DNA of 28,046 nucleotides. Origin: Candidatus Sumerlaeales bacterium (GTDB lineage: Bacteria; Sumerlaeota; Sumerlaeia; Sumerlaeales; Sumerlaeaceae). The notes beneath the pieces were generated by a model. The model saw only the letters and a program-made list of their open reading frames with translations, searched no databases and was not told the origin of the DNA. A program made the position numbers and the translations under genes. Shown here piece by piece: positions 1-8,085 of this stretch. The DNA lies in the NCBI GenBank assembly GCA_038243585.1, contig JBBSQY010000042.1, positions 1-28,046 on the forward strand, in the 5' to 3' direction. Numbering within the stretch: the first letter of the stretch is position 1; the number at the start of each line of letters is the position of its first letter.

Positions 1-456
1 GCCGCTATCTACGGACCAAAGTCCGCCGCCGGCGATTACCAGATAGAGAGAGCCGAGCAACATGGCCCAATCTGTGCGCATCTCGTGGGCCATGGCGAGG
101 AAGCCATACCGCGGCGAATTGCGTAAACTAAAGCCCCAGAAGCCATGCCCGAGCAGGATAGGGATTTTAGTGCTAACAATGGCCACGATCATTATTGAGC
201 ACAGCGCCAAGGCGGCGGGTCGTGTGAACAGGCCGACCAGGACGCATAAGCCGGCACCAATTTCTATACCCGCGACAAGCGGAGCCAATATCTCTGGCGC
301 AGGCATACCAATTTTTATAAACCGCCCAACGCCGAGGTGGTCAGGGTATAAAAATTTCTGTATTCCTTCCAGTAGAAAAACCATGCCAACCATAATGCGT
401 ATAAGAATGACGAATGGAGAATCTGCGGTGTTGAAAAGTTTTCCTGGCGATAACAT
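1..456 (-). CDS. DoxX family membrane protein (3' end runs off the window)
   Basis: Not in the ORF track. Manual translation from ATG at 456 is open to base 1: MLSPGKLFNTADSPFVILIRIMVGMVFLLEGIQKFLYPDHLGVGRFIKIG...GLFTRPAALAL...YLVIAGGGLWSVDSG. The R-x3-G-x2-F-x3-G-x2-K, GLFTR and GGG-x-WSVD motifs are typical of DoxX. A GAAAGG RBS lies upstream, 18 bp after the permease stop. Confidence 0.9.
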   Translation of the reverse strand, partial: MLSPGKLFNTADSPFVILIRIMVGMVFLLEGIQKFLYPDHLGVGRFIKIGMPAPEILAPLVAGIEIGAGLCVLVGLFTRPAALALCSIMIVAIVSTKIPILLGHGFWGFSLRNSPRYGFLAMAHEMRTDWAMLLGSLYLVIAGGGLWSVDSG

Positions 457-474
457 TGGGCGAGTAGACCTTTC

Positions 475-1815
475 TCAGGGGATGGGCGTAGCGGGCGATG
501 TTCGTAGCTTTATCCATTGTGCGCAATAATACCACGCAATGCCTGCGGCGATGACTCCGAGTCCCGCTACCCAGACATCAGCATCGACCTGAAATGCTAA
601 CAGCAGGCATGACGCGAGGCCTGCGACGGCGGTCCAGCGCGGATAAAGGCGCTGCTCCAGCGGCAGCTTAAGAGCCGCTATATTGGTAATGGCGTAGTAT
701 ATCAGAATGGTAAATGCGCTAAAAGACCAAGTCGTCTTCACGCTATCTAATAACGTCAGCGATGCCACTGCCGCGGCGGCGACCAATACCGCCGGCCAGG
801 GGGTGACGGCGGCTCCAGAGACTCTGGCCAGAACACCAGGCATATCGCGTCTTCTGCCCATGGCCAGCAGCACACGAGACAGGCCAAGCAGGAGGTTTAG
901 CAGTACCCCGAGCATGGCCGCGGCTGCGCCGCCAGCTATCAGTATTGGAATAAGCGGATGCCCAAATTGCTCAGCCGCCGCGGCAAGGGGGGCGGCGCCT
1001 GCCGTGGTGGAACCTGATAGAAAATCTGCCCCCACGGACCCCACGCCGGCCACCGTTACACCCATATAAAGAACCACCGTAACGATGAGGGTCGCGATTA
1101 TAGCGGTCGGAATCGTTCGTTTTGGGTTCCTTACTTCTTCCGCCAGCGTCGTGATTCGGGCATAGCCGGCAAAGGCTACAAACATGAGGGCCGTTGCATG
1201 GAAAACGTTTCCAGTGGAACTCAATAAGTTGTCGCCTGAAAAGAACGGAGTGAAGTGCTCCGTATATGCACCGGTCTGAATCTGGTGCAGGCCGGCCGCA
1301 GCTATAAAGCCAAGCAGAGCGACGAGGGTGACAGAGACGATCACCAGGTTCAGGCCACTGGATTTCCGAATTCCCGCAAGCACAAATATGCTTACTACAG
1401 CAGTGGTGCCGCAGGCCAAAGCGGTAAGTGATGCTCGGGGTGATCCGGTTAAAGCCTGTGCATATCCCGCAAAACCAAGGGCCGCGGTGGCGGCGGACGC
1501 GGATTTCGCCAACAGAAATACCCATCCGGCTGTCCATCCGGCAAGGGGGGTCAGGTATTTGTAGCCATACTCATAAGTTCCCCCGCTCAGCGGGTGCGCC
1601 GCTGCAAGCTGTGCGGCTGAGAGAGCGTTACAAGCGGCCACGCAACCGGCGAGTGCAATCGCAATGATAACCGACGGCCCCGCAACCCCCGCTGCGATGC
1701 CAACGCTGACGAAGATGCCTGTGCCAAGTATAGACCCCAAGCCCAGCATGACGGCGTCGAAAGTGCCGAGTTCGCGAACCAGCCGTTGCGGCGTACTGGA
1801 AGATGTTAAGTCCAA
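475..1815 (-). CDS. APC-family amino acid permease
   Basis: 446-aa polytopic membrane protein with APC motifs LVRELG...GSILGTGIF, SGGTYEY, FAGYARITTLAEEVRNPKRTIP and SRVLLAMGRRRDMP. TTG start. Confidence 0.9.
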   Translation of the reverse strand: MDLTSSSTPQRLVRELGTFDAVMLGLGSILGTGIFVSVGIAAGVAGPSVIIAIALAGCVAACNALSAAQLAAAHPLSGGTYEYGYKYLTPLAGWTAGWVFLLAKSASAATAALGFAGYAQALTGSPRASLTALACGTTAVVSIFVLAGIRKSSGLNLVIVSVTLVALLGFIAAAGLHQIQTGAYTEHFTPFFSGDNLLSSTGNVFHATALMFVAFAGYARITTLAEEVRNPKRTIPTAIIATLIVTVVLYMGVTVAGVGSVGADFLSGSTTAGAAPLAAAAEQFGHPLIPILIAGGAAAAMLGVLLNLLLGLSRVLLAMGRRRDMPGVLARVSGAAVTPWPAVLVAAAAVASLTLLDSVKTTWSFSAFTILIYYAITNIAALKLPLEQRLYPRWTAVAGLASCLLLAFQVDADVWVAGLGVIAAGIAWYYCAQWIKLRTSPATPIP

Positions 1816-1871
1816 AAAAAGAGCCGTTTCGTAAGCATACGAATATGAGGGAGCTTAGTGATCGTGCAACT

Positions 1872-1887
1872 AAAGAAATATTTCTTT
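1872..1887. promoter_or_regulatory. Perfect 16-bp palindrome AAAGAAATATTTCTTT, candidate operator of an unknown regulator
   Basis: Self-complementary sequence in the divergent permease/lexA intergenic region. It does not fit the GAAC-N4-GTTC pattern. Confidence 0.35.
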
Positions 1888-1917
1888 CTAAATTGTCATT
1901 TTGTTATTGAATTGTAG

Positions 1918-1933
1918 TAGAACAGTCGTTCTA
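1918..1933. promoter_or_regulatory. LexA operator (SOS box), Firmicutes/Actinobacteria 'Cheo box' type
   Basis: TAGAAC-AGTC-GTTCTA has perfect 6-bp arms and a GAAC-N4-GTTC core. It lies 40-50 bp upstream of the lexA start and just downstream of a TTGAAT -35-like hexamer (1907-1912). Confidence 0.85.
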
Positions 1934-1983
1934 ACACGAAGCGTGACCATTATTATTATCTCCGAACAGAGGAATTGAACCCC

Positions 1984-2652
1984 ATGGCCAGGCTGCCGGA
2001 AAAACAACAGAAGATTCTGGATTTCATCAGAAGTCAACATTCAGATACAGGAGTCTTTCCGTCGGTGCGAGAAATTGCAGCCCACATGGATTTTAAAAGC
2101 ACGAACACGGTGGATTACCACCTGCGGCGTATGGAAGCGGGCGGAGTCATTGAGCGGGGCGGACGACGCGCTCGCAGTTTTTCCGGCTTCGCGGATAAAA
2201 CAGGCACCAACAGCCTGCAAAAGACTCGCGGCAATTTCATGTCTGATCTTCCTCACACTAGGCAACAGCAGCCCGGAATTCCACTGCTAGGACGGGTGGC
2301 TGCCGGTGAACCAATCCTGGCAGAGCAGCATTTTGACGATATGGTCAACTTCTCATCATTGTTCCATTGTGATGATCAGACGTTCGCCCTGCGCGTACAA
2401 GGCGACAGCATGATGGACGCCGGCATTATGAATGGCGATCTTGTGATTGTAAAGCATCAGCCTTCCGTAGCCAATGGAGAAATTGGCGTGGCCCTGATTA
2501 ATGGCGAAGCGACCGTGAAACGGATTTATGATGAAGGCGATTTTTGGCGTCTTCAGCCGGAGAACTCTACCATGGAGCCTATCTCTGTGCAAAAAGGTAC
2601 GGCGGACTTTTCCATGGCCGGCAAGGTCGTTGGCGTTATCCGGCAGATTTAA
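1984..2652 (+). CDS. lexA: SOS repressor LexA
   Basis: Winged HTH (PSVREIAAHMDFKSTNTVDYHL), Ala-Gly cleavage site (GRVAAG), catalytic Ser (GDSM) and Lys (TVKR). ATG at 1984 with AGAGGA RBS preferred over TTG at 1975. Confidence 0.96.
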   Translation: MARLPEKQQKILDFIRSQHSDTGVFPSVREIAAHMDFKSTNTVDYHLRRMEAGGVIERGGRRARSFSGFADKTGTNSLQKTRGNFMSDLPHTRQQQPGIPLLGRVAAGEPILAEQHFDDMVNFSSLFHCDDQTFALRVQGDSMMDAGIMNGDLVIVKHQPSVANGEIGVALINGEATVKRIYDEGDFWRLQPENSTMEPISVQKGTADFSMAGKVVGVIRQI

Positions 2653-2670
2653 AACAAGGGATCGGCTTCA

Positions 2671-3012
2671 TTGGACCTTGAATCGTTAAGAGATTTTTGC
2701 ATGGGCCTGGCAGGCACAACCGAGGATATCAAGTGGGAAGACAACCTGTGTTTTCTCGTGGCGGATAAAATCTTTCTGCTTTGTTCCCTGATACCGCCCC
2801 ACCAGGTGAACTTGAAAGTTGATAAGGCAGAGTTCAGAGACTTGGTCGCCCGCGACGGAATCCGGCAGGCCGCTCATTTTGCAAGGGGGCAGTGGGTGGA
2901 GGTGGCCAGTCCGCAGATCCTGTCGGACGCCGAAATGCGGCAACGCATTGTTGAATCGAGAGCTTTGGTTATCTCAAAGCTTACCAAAAAGAGGCAGGCT
3001 GAGTTCTCATAA
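2671..3012 (+). CDS. MmcQ/YjbR family putative DNA-binding protein
   Basis: LRDFCMGLAGTTEDIKWE..LCFLVADKIF..NLKV..AAHFARGQWV matches the YjbR pattern. Starts 18 bp after the lexA stop. Confidence 0.85.
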   Translation: MDLESLRDFCMGLAGTTEDIKWEDNLCFLVADKIFLLCSLIPPHQVNLKVDKAEFRDLVARDGIRQAAHFARGQWVEVASPQILSDAEMRQRIVESRALVISKLTKKRQAEFS

Positions 3013-4017
3013 GTTCGGCGCAGCGGGCTTGACCGTCGCCGATATCTCGCCGGTGGCTTTACGGAGCGTGGCGTATCTCGCCAGAAACGGCATCCCGGCG
3101 ATGGCCGGCACGATGTAACGCAGATTGATATACATGGCAGCCGCAAGAACGGCGCTTGCCGGAAGTCCTGGCAACAGAGCGACAAGGGCGGCGTCCCGTG
3201 TGCCAAATCCGGCGATGGAGATTGGCACCAGCCCTACGAATATGGCCAGGGGTACCATGGCGAAAAATTCCGAAGTCGCAGGGGCAGCCCCCAGGCAATG
3301 AAAGAACAAATAGATTTGTGCCAGGTGAAGCGCCCAGATGATCAGTGAGAACAGTAGTATTTCCGAACGCTTCGAATCCCGCGCCCGCAGCGCATCCATG
3401 GTCGCGTGACTGGCCAGCAGCAGCCGGTGAACTTTGGCAAACCGTTCATTGCGCCCGGCGCTCCGCACCAGCCTGCCCATCCCCGGCAACCGGTTCAGCG
3501 GCACAAAATACAGAAGGGCCACGCCGACCATCGCAGCCACGCCCAGTCCAGCGGCCAGCAGCAGGCTACCCACGGGCAACGGTAATTGTGTTCCCCCCCA
3601 CGCATCCAGAAATATCAGCAGAACCCCCGCCAGCATAAACGCAGCCAGCGCCGCCACATCCAGCATCTTTTCAAACACCACGACGCCCAGGCCGAGCGGC
3701 ACGCTGATGGCACCGGATTTCGCAAGGAACCACCCTTTTGTCAAGTCACCCAGCTTCCCCGGCAGCACCAGGTTCATGGTTGCTCCCGCCAGCACCAGCC
3801 GCGTCGATTCCGCAAGGGGCAGCGGCGCGAACGGCGACACGAGTCGTTTCCAGCGCCAGGCGATAGCCAGAACCTGGGGAACAAACAAACCAATCGCGAC
3901 GGCAAACAAGCCCCACCGCGTAGCGCGTAAATTTTGAAGCAACGCCTCCCGGTCCACATTCCAGAATAGCAGGGCAAGCAGCCCGATTGAGATAAACGCT
4001 GCAACGGCCCTCTTCAT
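3007..4017 (-). CDS. Lysylphosphatidylglycerol synthase TM-domain / flippase-like membrane protein (UPF0104-like)
   Basis: Motifs AWRW, NLVLPGKLGDLTK, EKMLD and PISIAGFGTRD; about 8 TM helices. ATG at 4017 (MKRAVAAF) preferred, 10 bp after the upstream stop. Confidence 0.85.
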   Translation of the reverse strand: MKRAVAAFISIGLLALLFWNVDREALLQNLRATRWGLFAVAIGLFVPQVLAIAWRWKRLVSPFAPLPLAESTRLVLAGATMNLVLPGKLGDLTKGWFLAKSGAISVPLGLGVVVFEKMLDVAALAAFMLAGVLLIFLDAWGGTQLPLPVGSLLLAAGLGVAAMVGVALLYFVPLNRLPGMGRLVRSAGRNERFAKVHRLLLASHATMDALRARDSKRSEILLFSLIIWALHLAQIYLFFHCLGAAPATSEFFAMVPLAIFVGLVPISIAGFGTRDAALVALLPGLPASAVLAAAMYINLRYIVPAIAGMPFLARYATLRKATGEISATVKPAAPNL

Positions 4018-4027
4018 GCCCGCAAAC

Positions 4028-5680
4028 CTACTTGCCCGGCACAGGCAAGTCAATCACTTCACTGCCTTCGTTGTTTGCGTTTACTTCCGCCAACAGCTTC
4101 GGCATGGGATGCCAGGGCAACAACACGCTTTTCTGAAAAACATTGCTGTTAGCCACGTAGATGCTCGTGGCATCCGTGCCCGCGTGCAGCGACACCAGCG
4201 CCGGTTCCGCGGCCGGCTTTTCCAGTCGATTTACGATCCGAACGCCATCCGGCGCAAACCGAAACTCTCTTCGAAACCTGTACTTAGTAGGCGACTTCCC
4301 CGTAATGAGCACCTTCTGAAGAGTCGCCCGCAAAAAGTTTGGCCAGAACCGCCCAATCGTCATATTGATCAGCCGAAACGCAATCTGCGTCGCCGGCGTC
4401 GCCAGCCGCGTTTTCCGCAGACACATATGACCCGCCACGCTGTAGCGCTCCATATCGGTATCGGCGGACGTGTCGTAATCCGCCACCATATGGCTGACCA
4501 GCACCTGCCCGTTTTCCGTGTTACAGATAAGACCCGTATCGCTGTACAGCGGCCCTTCGGCTGTGGTGATCTTAATCACGCCGCCCTTGTTCAGATTTAG
4601 AGCCGCGTGGTAATCTCCCGTGTCCAGCACGACGAGTCCCGCCTTGGGAAAATACTTCCGAAAAGGCACCCGCTCGCTCAGTGGCGCCGCCGCGCGCACG
4701 GTCGAAAAGTCCAGATACGACTGCATCCAGTCATGCAGATAGTGGGCGCACATGCGGTCGTCATCGTTATAATAGCGGGTGTGGCGGGGTAGTGAGTGAG
4801 TCAGAAAATGATCCGCCACCTGCGCTGCCTTCTGGTTATGTGGCGCCATCACCTCGAAACCATGGGGATAAAAATGATATGTATTCCGGCTGCCATATTC
4901 GCCGCCATAGCTGCCGTCCGGATGCATGAAATGCCAGCAGAAATCTACCGCGGGATTTAGAAGATTAAGCAGGTCCGCGTTCCCGCTTTTCTTATAAAGC
5001 TTTGCCAAAAAAGCGATTGTGCATGACTGATAGCCGGGATCGGCGCCCTCGTATTCCTGAAACCAGCCTTCCTCTGGATTAAACCACCGCTTCACAATGG
5101 CCAGGTAATCATCGCTCGCCTTGCGAAAGCGCTCTTCGCCAGTCACCATATAGGTATTGTAAAGCGCCAGCGCCGCCAGTGCCTGGTGATTGGTAAGCTG
5201 ACCAGTCTCGTTGTGGCTTATAAGATAATCAGCCCGACGGGCGAAAAACTCCAGCCATTCCGGGCGGCGCTCATTCAGGACAAGACAGGTTTCCGTGATC
5301 GCGTGAAGAGAAAACACCAGCGCGCCCAGCGCCCGCTCATAGGGAAAGTAATCATCGCACGACCCATCCTTATGGGCGCTCCGCATGGCATAATCAACTC
5401 CCGCCAAGGCCAGCTCCCGCACGCGGTCCACCTGATAATACGGATTATCCGGAAAGGGATGGGCGTACGCCAGGGCCAGCGGCAGCGAAAATTCCTGATA
5501 CATACCGCAGGGGAAGTCCATGGTTCGATAATGCCAGTAACTGCGATCAAAGCTGCCATAGGTAGGACTGTAGGGGTTGCGATCCACCATTTGGAACAGG
5601 CGGGGCAGATACAAAAACGCCTCATCTGTATATCGTCGCCGCAGCGCGGCGAGGCGCGCTGACGCGTCAACACTTTCCAT
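4028..5680 (-). CDS. Hypothetical protein, helical-toroid plus beta-sandwich, heparinase II/III-like (inferred)
   Basis: About 550 aa with no signal peptide. Helical N-terminal part contains QLTNH and WFQEYEGADPGY; the C-terminal part is beta-rich. ATG at 5680 with a GGAGAG RBS overlaps the end of the GT2 gene. Confidence 0.6.
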   Translation of the reverse strand: MESVDASARLAALRRRYTDEAFLYLPRLFQMVDRNPYSPTYGSFDRSYWHYRTMDFPCGMYQEFSLPLALAYAHPFPDNPYYQVDRVRELALAGVDYAMRSAHKDGSCDDYFPYERALGALVFSLHAITETCLVLNERRPEWLEFFARRADYLISHNETGQLTNHQALAALALYNTYMVTGEERFRKASDDYLAIVKRWFNPEEGWFQEYEGADPGYQSCTIAFLAKLYKKSGNADLLNLLNPAVDFCWHFMHPDGSYGGEYGSRNTYHFYPHGFEVMAPHNQKAAQVADHFLTHSLPRHTRYYNDDDRMCAHYLHDWMQSYLDFSTVRAAAPLSERVPFRKYFPKAGLVVLDTGDYHAALNLNKGGVIKITTAEGPLYSDTGLICNTENGQVLVSHMVADYDTSADTDMERYSVAGHMCLRKTRLATPATQIAFRLINMTIGRFWPNFLRATLQKVLITGKSPTKYRFRREFRFAPDGVRIVNRLEKPAAEPALVSLHAGTDATSIYVANSNVFQKSVLLPWHPMPKLLAEVNANNEGSEVIDLPVPGK

Positions 5681-6563
5681 TATTAGCCAACTCTCTCCGT
5701 TGAGACACAATAACATCAAGCAGCACGCCGATGGCGCCGATCACCATGCCTGTGCAAAACAACACTATCGTGGTACCAGCCAGGGACGTCTGTTCATCAA
5801 ACAACAGCCCATAAAGATTCTGCGCTGCCGCAATAGCAATAAACACCGCCGCCACCGGACCGAAGACCCGCATGGGACGGAAATAAGCACACATGCGTAA
5901 TACGGTATTTACGTAACGGATCGTGTCCTTAACGGGATGAAATTTTGATTTTCCGATGCGCTTGTAATAAGGCGTGGGGATATATTTCACTGAGTGGCCA
6001 TTGGTCATGTAAGCCAGCGTCATCGTCGTCACGCATGAAAAGCCATCCGGTAAAAGCCACAGGTAGGTCATCATAGTCGACCGCTCGAAAGCCTTGAGCC
6101 CCGTATTAAGATCCGGTATGTTTTGTCCGCTCAAATAGATCGCCAGACGGCGTATAAGCCACTTCGCCGGGCGCCGCAACGCCGGAAAGGTGCCCTGCTC
6201 GCTGGTGCGTGCGCCGTTGACCTGTTCGTACTCTGGAAGCCACTTCAGCATGTCTGGGATGGACGCGGGCTCATAAGTACCATCGCCATCCAGCATCACG
6301 ATAATCCTCCCAAGCGCCTGCCTGATGCCCGAGCGCCTGGCCGCCCCGCTGCCCTGGTTAACCGAATGCCTGTGTACCCGCGCTCCTGCCTGAGCCGCCA
6401 CGGTCGGAGTATCATCCGTGCTGCAATCATCCACCACCAGAATCTCGAAGCTTTTGCCCGTTCCCGCCATCGCCACGCCGACGCCCGCAATCACCTGGGC
6501 AATAGCGCCGGCTTCGTTAAAAGCGGGAATCAACACGGTGACTTCAACGGCTTCTATATCCAC
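5667..6563 (-). CDS. GT2 glycosyltransferase (DPM1/polyprenol-phosphate glycosyltransferase-like) with two C-terminal TM helices
   Basis: VLIPAFNE, VVDDCSTD, NQGSGAA, LDGDGTY, DLNTGLKAF and RIGKSK motifs; two hydrophobic helices at the C-terminus. Confidence 0.92.
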   Translation of the reverse strand: MDIEAVEVTVLIPAFNEAGAIAQVIAGVGVAMAGTGKSFEILVVDDCSTDDTPTVAAQAGARVHRHSVNQGSGAARRSGIRQALGRIIVMLDGDGTYEPASIPDMLKWLPEYEQVNGARTSEQGTFPALRRPAKWLIRRLAIYLSGQNIPDLNTGLKAFERSTMMTYLWLLPDGFSCVTTMTLAYMTNGHSVKYIPTPYYKRIGKSKFHPVKDTIRYVNTVLRMCAYFRPMRVFGPVAAVFIAIAAAQNLYGLLFDEQTSLAGTTIVLFCTGMVIGAIGVLLDVIVSQRRELANNGKC

Positions 6564-6585
6564 CAGAATAGCTTTAGACCAGGTT

Positions 6586-6727
6586 GTAGGACGGGCATTC
6601 CTGCCTGTCTCAGCGGACGTAATAATACGGAAATTTCATAGTTGGAAAAGCAACCGCTGCCTGTCAGGATTAACGATAGATAATCTCTCTGTGGCTGGTT
6701 CGAGACGGGCAGGAATGCCCATCCTAC
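6586..6727. repeat. GTAG-family REP doublet (REPIN-like): two inverted 26-bp REPs separated by 90 bp
   Basis: 6586-6611 reads GTAGGACGGGCATTCCTGCCTGTCTC; the reverse complement of 6702-6727 reads GTAGGATGGGCATTCCTGCCCGTCTC (24/26 identical). Each copy is GTAG plus an imperfect hairpin with a TTCC loop. Confidence 0.85.
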
Positions 6728-6735
6728 GCTTTCCA

Positions 6736-8085
6736 TTAGCCCAAACCAAAATGCACAGGGAGAAAGGCCGGATAGACGTCGAAATTAGAGTACTGGCTCT
6801 GCACGTTAAAAAGCAGTTCAGTGCTGATGCCCAGCACCGACTCCGGATCGCCCGCTTCAAACGCTGATACTTCTATGGCGTATTCTCCCCCAAGCAGCAA
6901 CAGCGGTTCAAACACCATTGTAACCTCACAAGCCTCTGTGCCCAGTTCCACCGGTGTAAAGCCGCGGTCCGATGCAAAAAACTCTTCCACCACAATGCCC
7001 GTCTGAAACTGGAACACAACCAGAAGGTCCACCGGCTTAGTGGTTTCTTCAGCCCGGATAAGCATGGTCAGCGTAAGAGAACCGTTCGTTTCGTATGTCG
7101 TGGCCTGCTTGTTTTTGTCGTTCAACAGTTGCGCGTGGTCGAAATGGACTACGTGGGGTCGCACAGAAATTTTTGTTTCCAGTTCAACCATGTTTTCCCG
7201 GCGACCCATTCGCCGCACCTTTTCCGTCAGGTGCGCATTGTAGGCGGAAACAACCTCTTGCGCATCACCGGCCATTTCCATTACGCCCTGGTGCAGCCAG
7301 ATGGCTTCCGTGCTCAGTTCGCTGATGGCCGCAGACGTATGCGATACCAGCACCATCGCCTTGCCCTGGTCTCGGAAATCCAGCAGCTTCTGAGCGCTCT
7401 TCGCCTGGAATTCCAGGTCGCCCACGGCCAGCACTTCATCAATAAGAACAATATCCGGATCCACCGCCACCGCCAGGGCAAAACCAAGCCGCGCCATCAT
7501 CCCCGCGCTGTACGTTCGAACGGGCGCCTCCAAAAACTTATGCTCAAGGCCGCTGAAGTCGATAATCTCCGGAAGCAGTTCCCGAACTTCCTCCCGGTGA
7601 AGGCCGATGATGGAACCGTTCAAAAAAATGTTTTCATATCCGGACAAAGCCGGGTGAAATCCTGCGGACAGATCAAGCAAAGGCGCGATCCGCGGCAGCC
7701 GCCTGATCTCGCCGGTCGTCGGCGCGGTGATCCCGGTGATCATCTTGAGCAGCGTGCTTTTCCCGGATCCATTTACCCCCAAGACCCCCAGCATTTCTCC
7801 GCGCTTGATATCGAAAGACACGTTTTTGACGGCATAAAAATCATTGCGCTGGACATTGGATATAAGCCGGTGAAACAGAAATGACGACATTCTGCCCATG
7901 CTCTCCTGAGAAATGCGAAAGCGCTTCGTCACGTTTCGCACCTCTACGCCATTGGCGGCGCTTAGAGGCGTATCCATCGGAATGGCCAGCCCAGCGGGGA
8001 GCACGTCATTGTCGAACTTGTATTCCCGCTTAACCTTTAGCTTTTCTTTGGTTTCGAGGCCTTTCCTGGTGGCGGGATCTTTCAT
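6736..8085 (-). CDS. wzt: Polysaccharide ABC exporter ATP-binding protein (Wzt/TagH family) with C-terminal Wzt_C-like domain
   Basis: Walker A GVNGSGKST, family-type signature YSAGMMARLGFA, Walker B VLIDEVLAVGD, H-loop LVSH, and a beta-rich C-terminal extension of about 140 aa. Confidence 0.9.
   Translation of the reverse strand: MKDPATRKGLETKEKLKVKREYKFDNDVLPAGLAIPMDTPLSAANGVEVRNVTKRFRISQESMGRMSSFLFHRLISNVQRNDFYAVKNVSFDIKRGEMLGVLGVNGSGKSTLLKMITGITAPTTGEIRRLPRIAPLLDLSAGFHPALSGYENIFLNGSIIGLHREEVRELLPEIIDFSGLEHKFLEAPVRTYSAGMMARLGFALAVAVDPDIVLIDEVLAVGDLEFQAKSAQKLLDFRDQGKAMVLVSHTSAAISELSTEAIWLHQGVMEMAGDAQEVVSAYNAHLTEKVRRMGRRENMVELETKISVRPHVVHFDHAQLLNDKNKQATTYETNGSLTLTMLIRAEETTKPVDLLVVFQFQTGIVVEEFFASDRGFTPVELGTEACEVTMVFEPLLLLGGEYAIEVSAFEAGDPESVLGISTELLFNVQSQYSNFDVYPAFLPVHFGLG

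Noticed and set aside
62..529. 155-aa plus-strand ORF in the track
   Set aside because: Antisense shadow of the DoxX gene on the minus strand (1-456), which has clear family motifs.
3007..3012. 6-bp overlap (TCATAA) of convergent stop codons with no terminator
   Set aside because: Real, but common in compact genomes; not evidence of a special mechanism.
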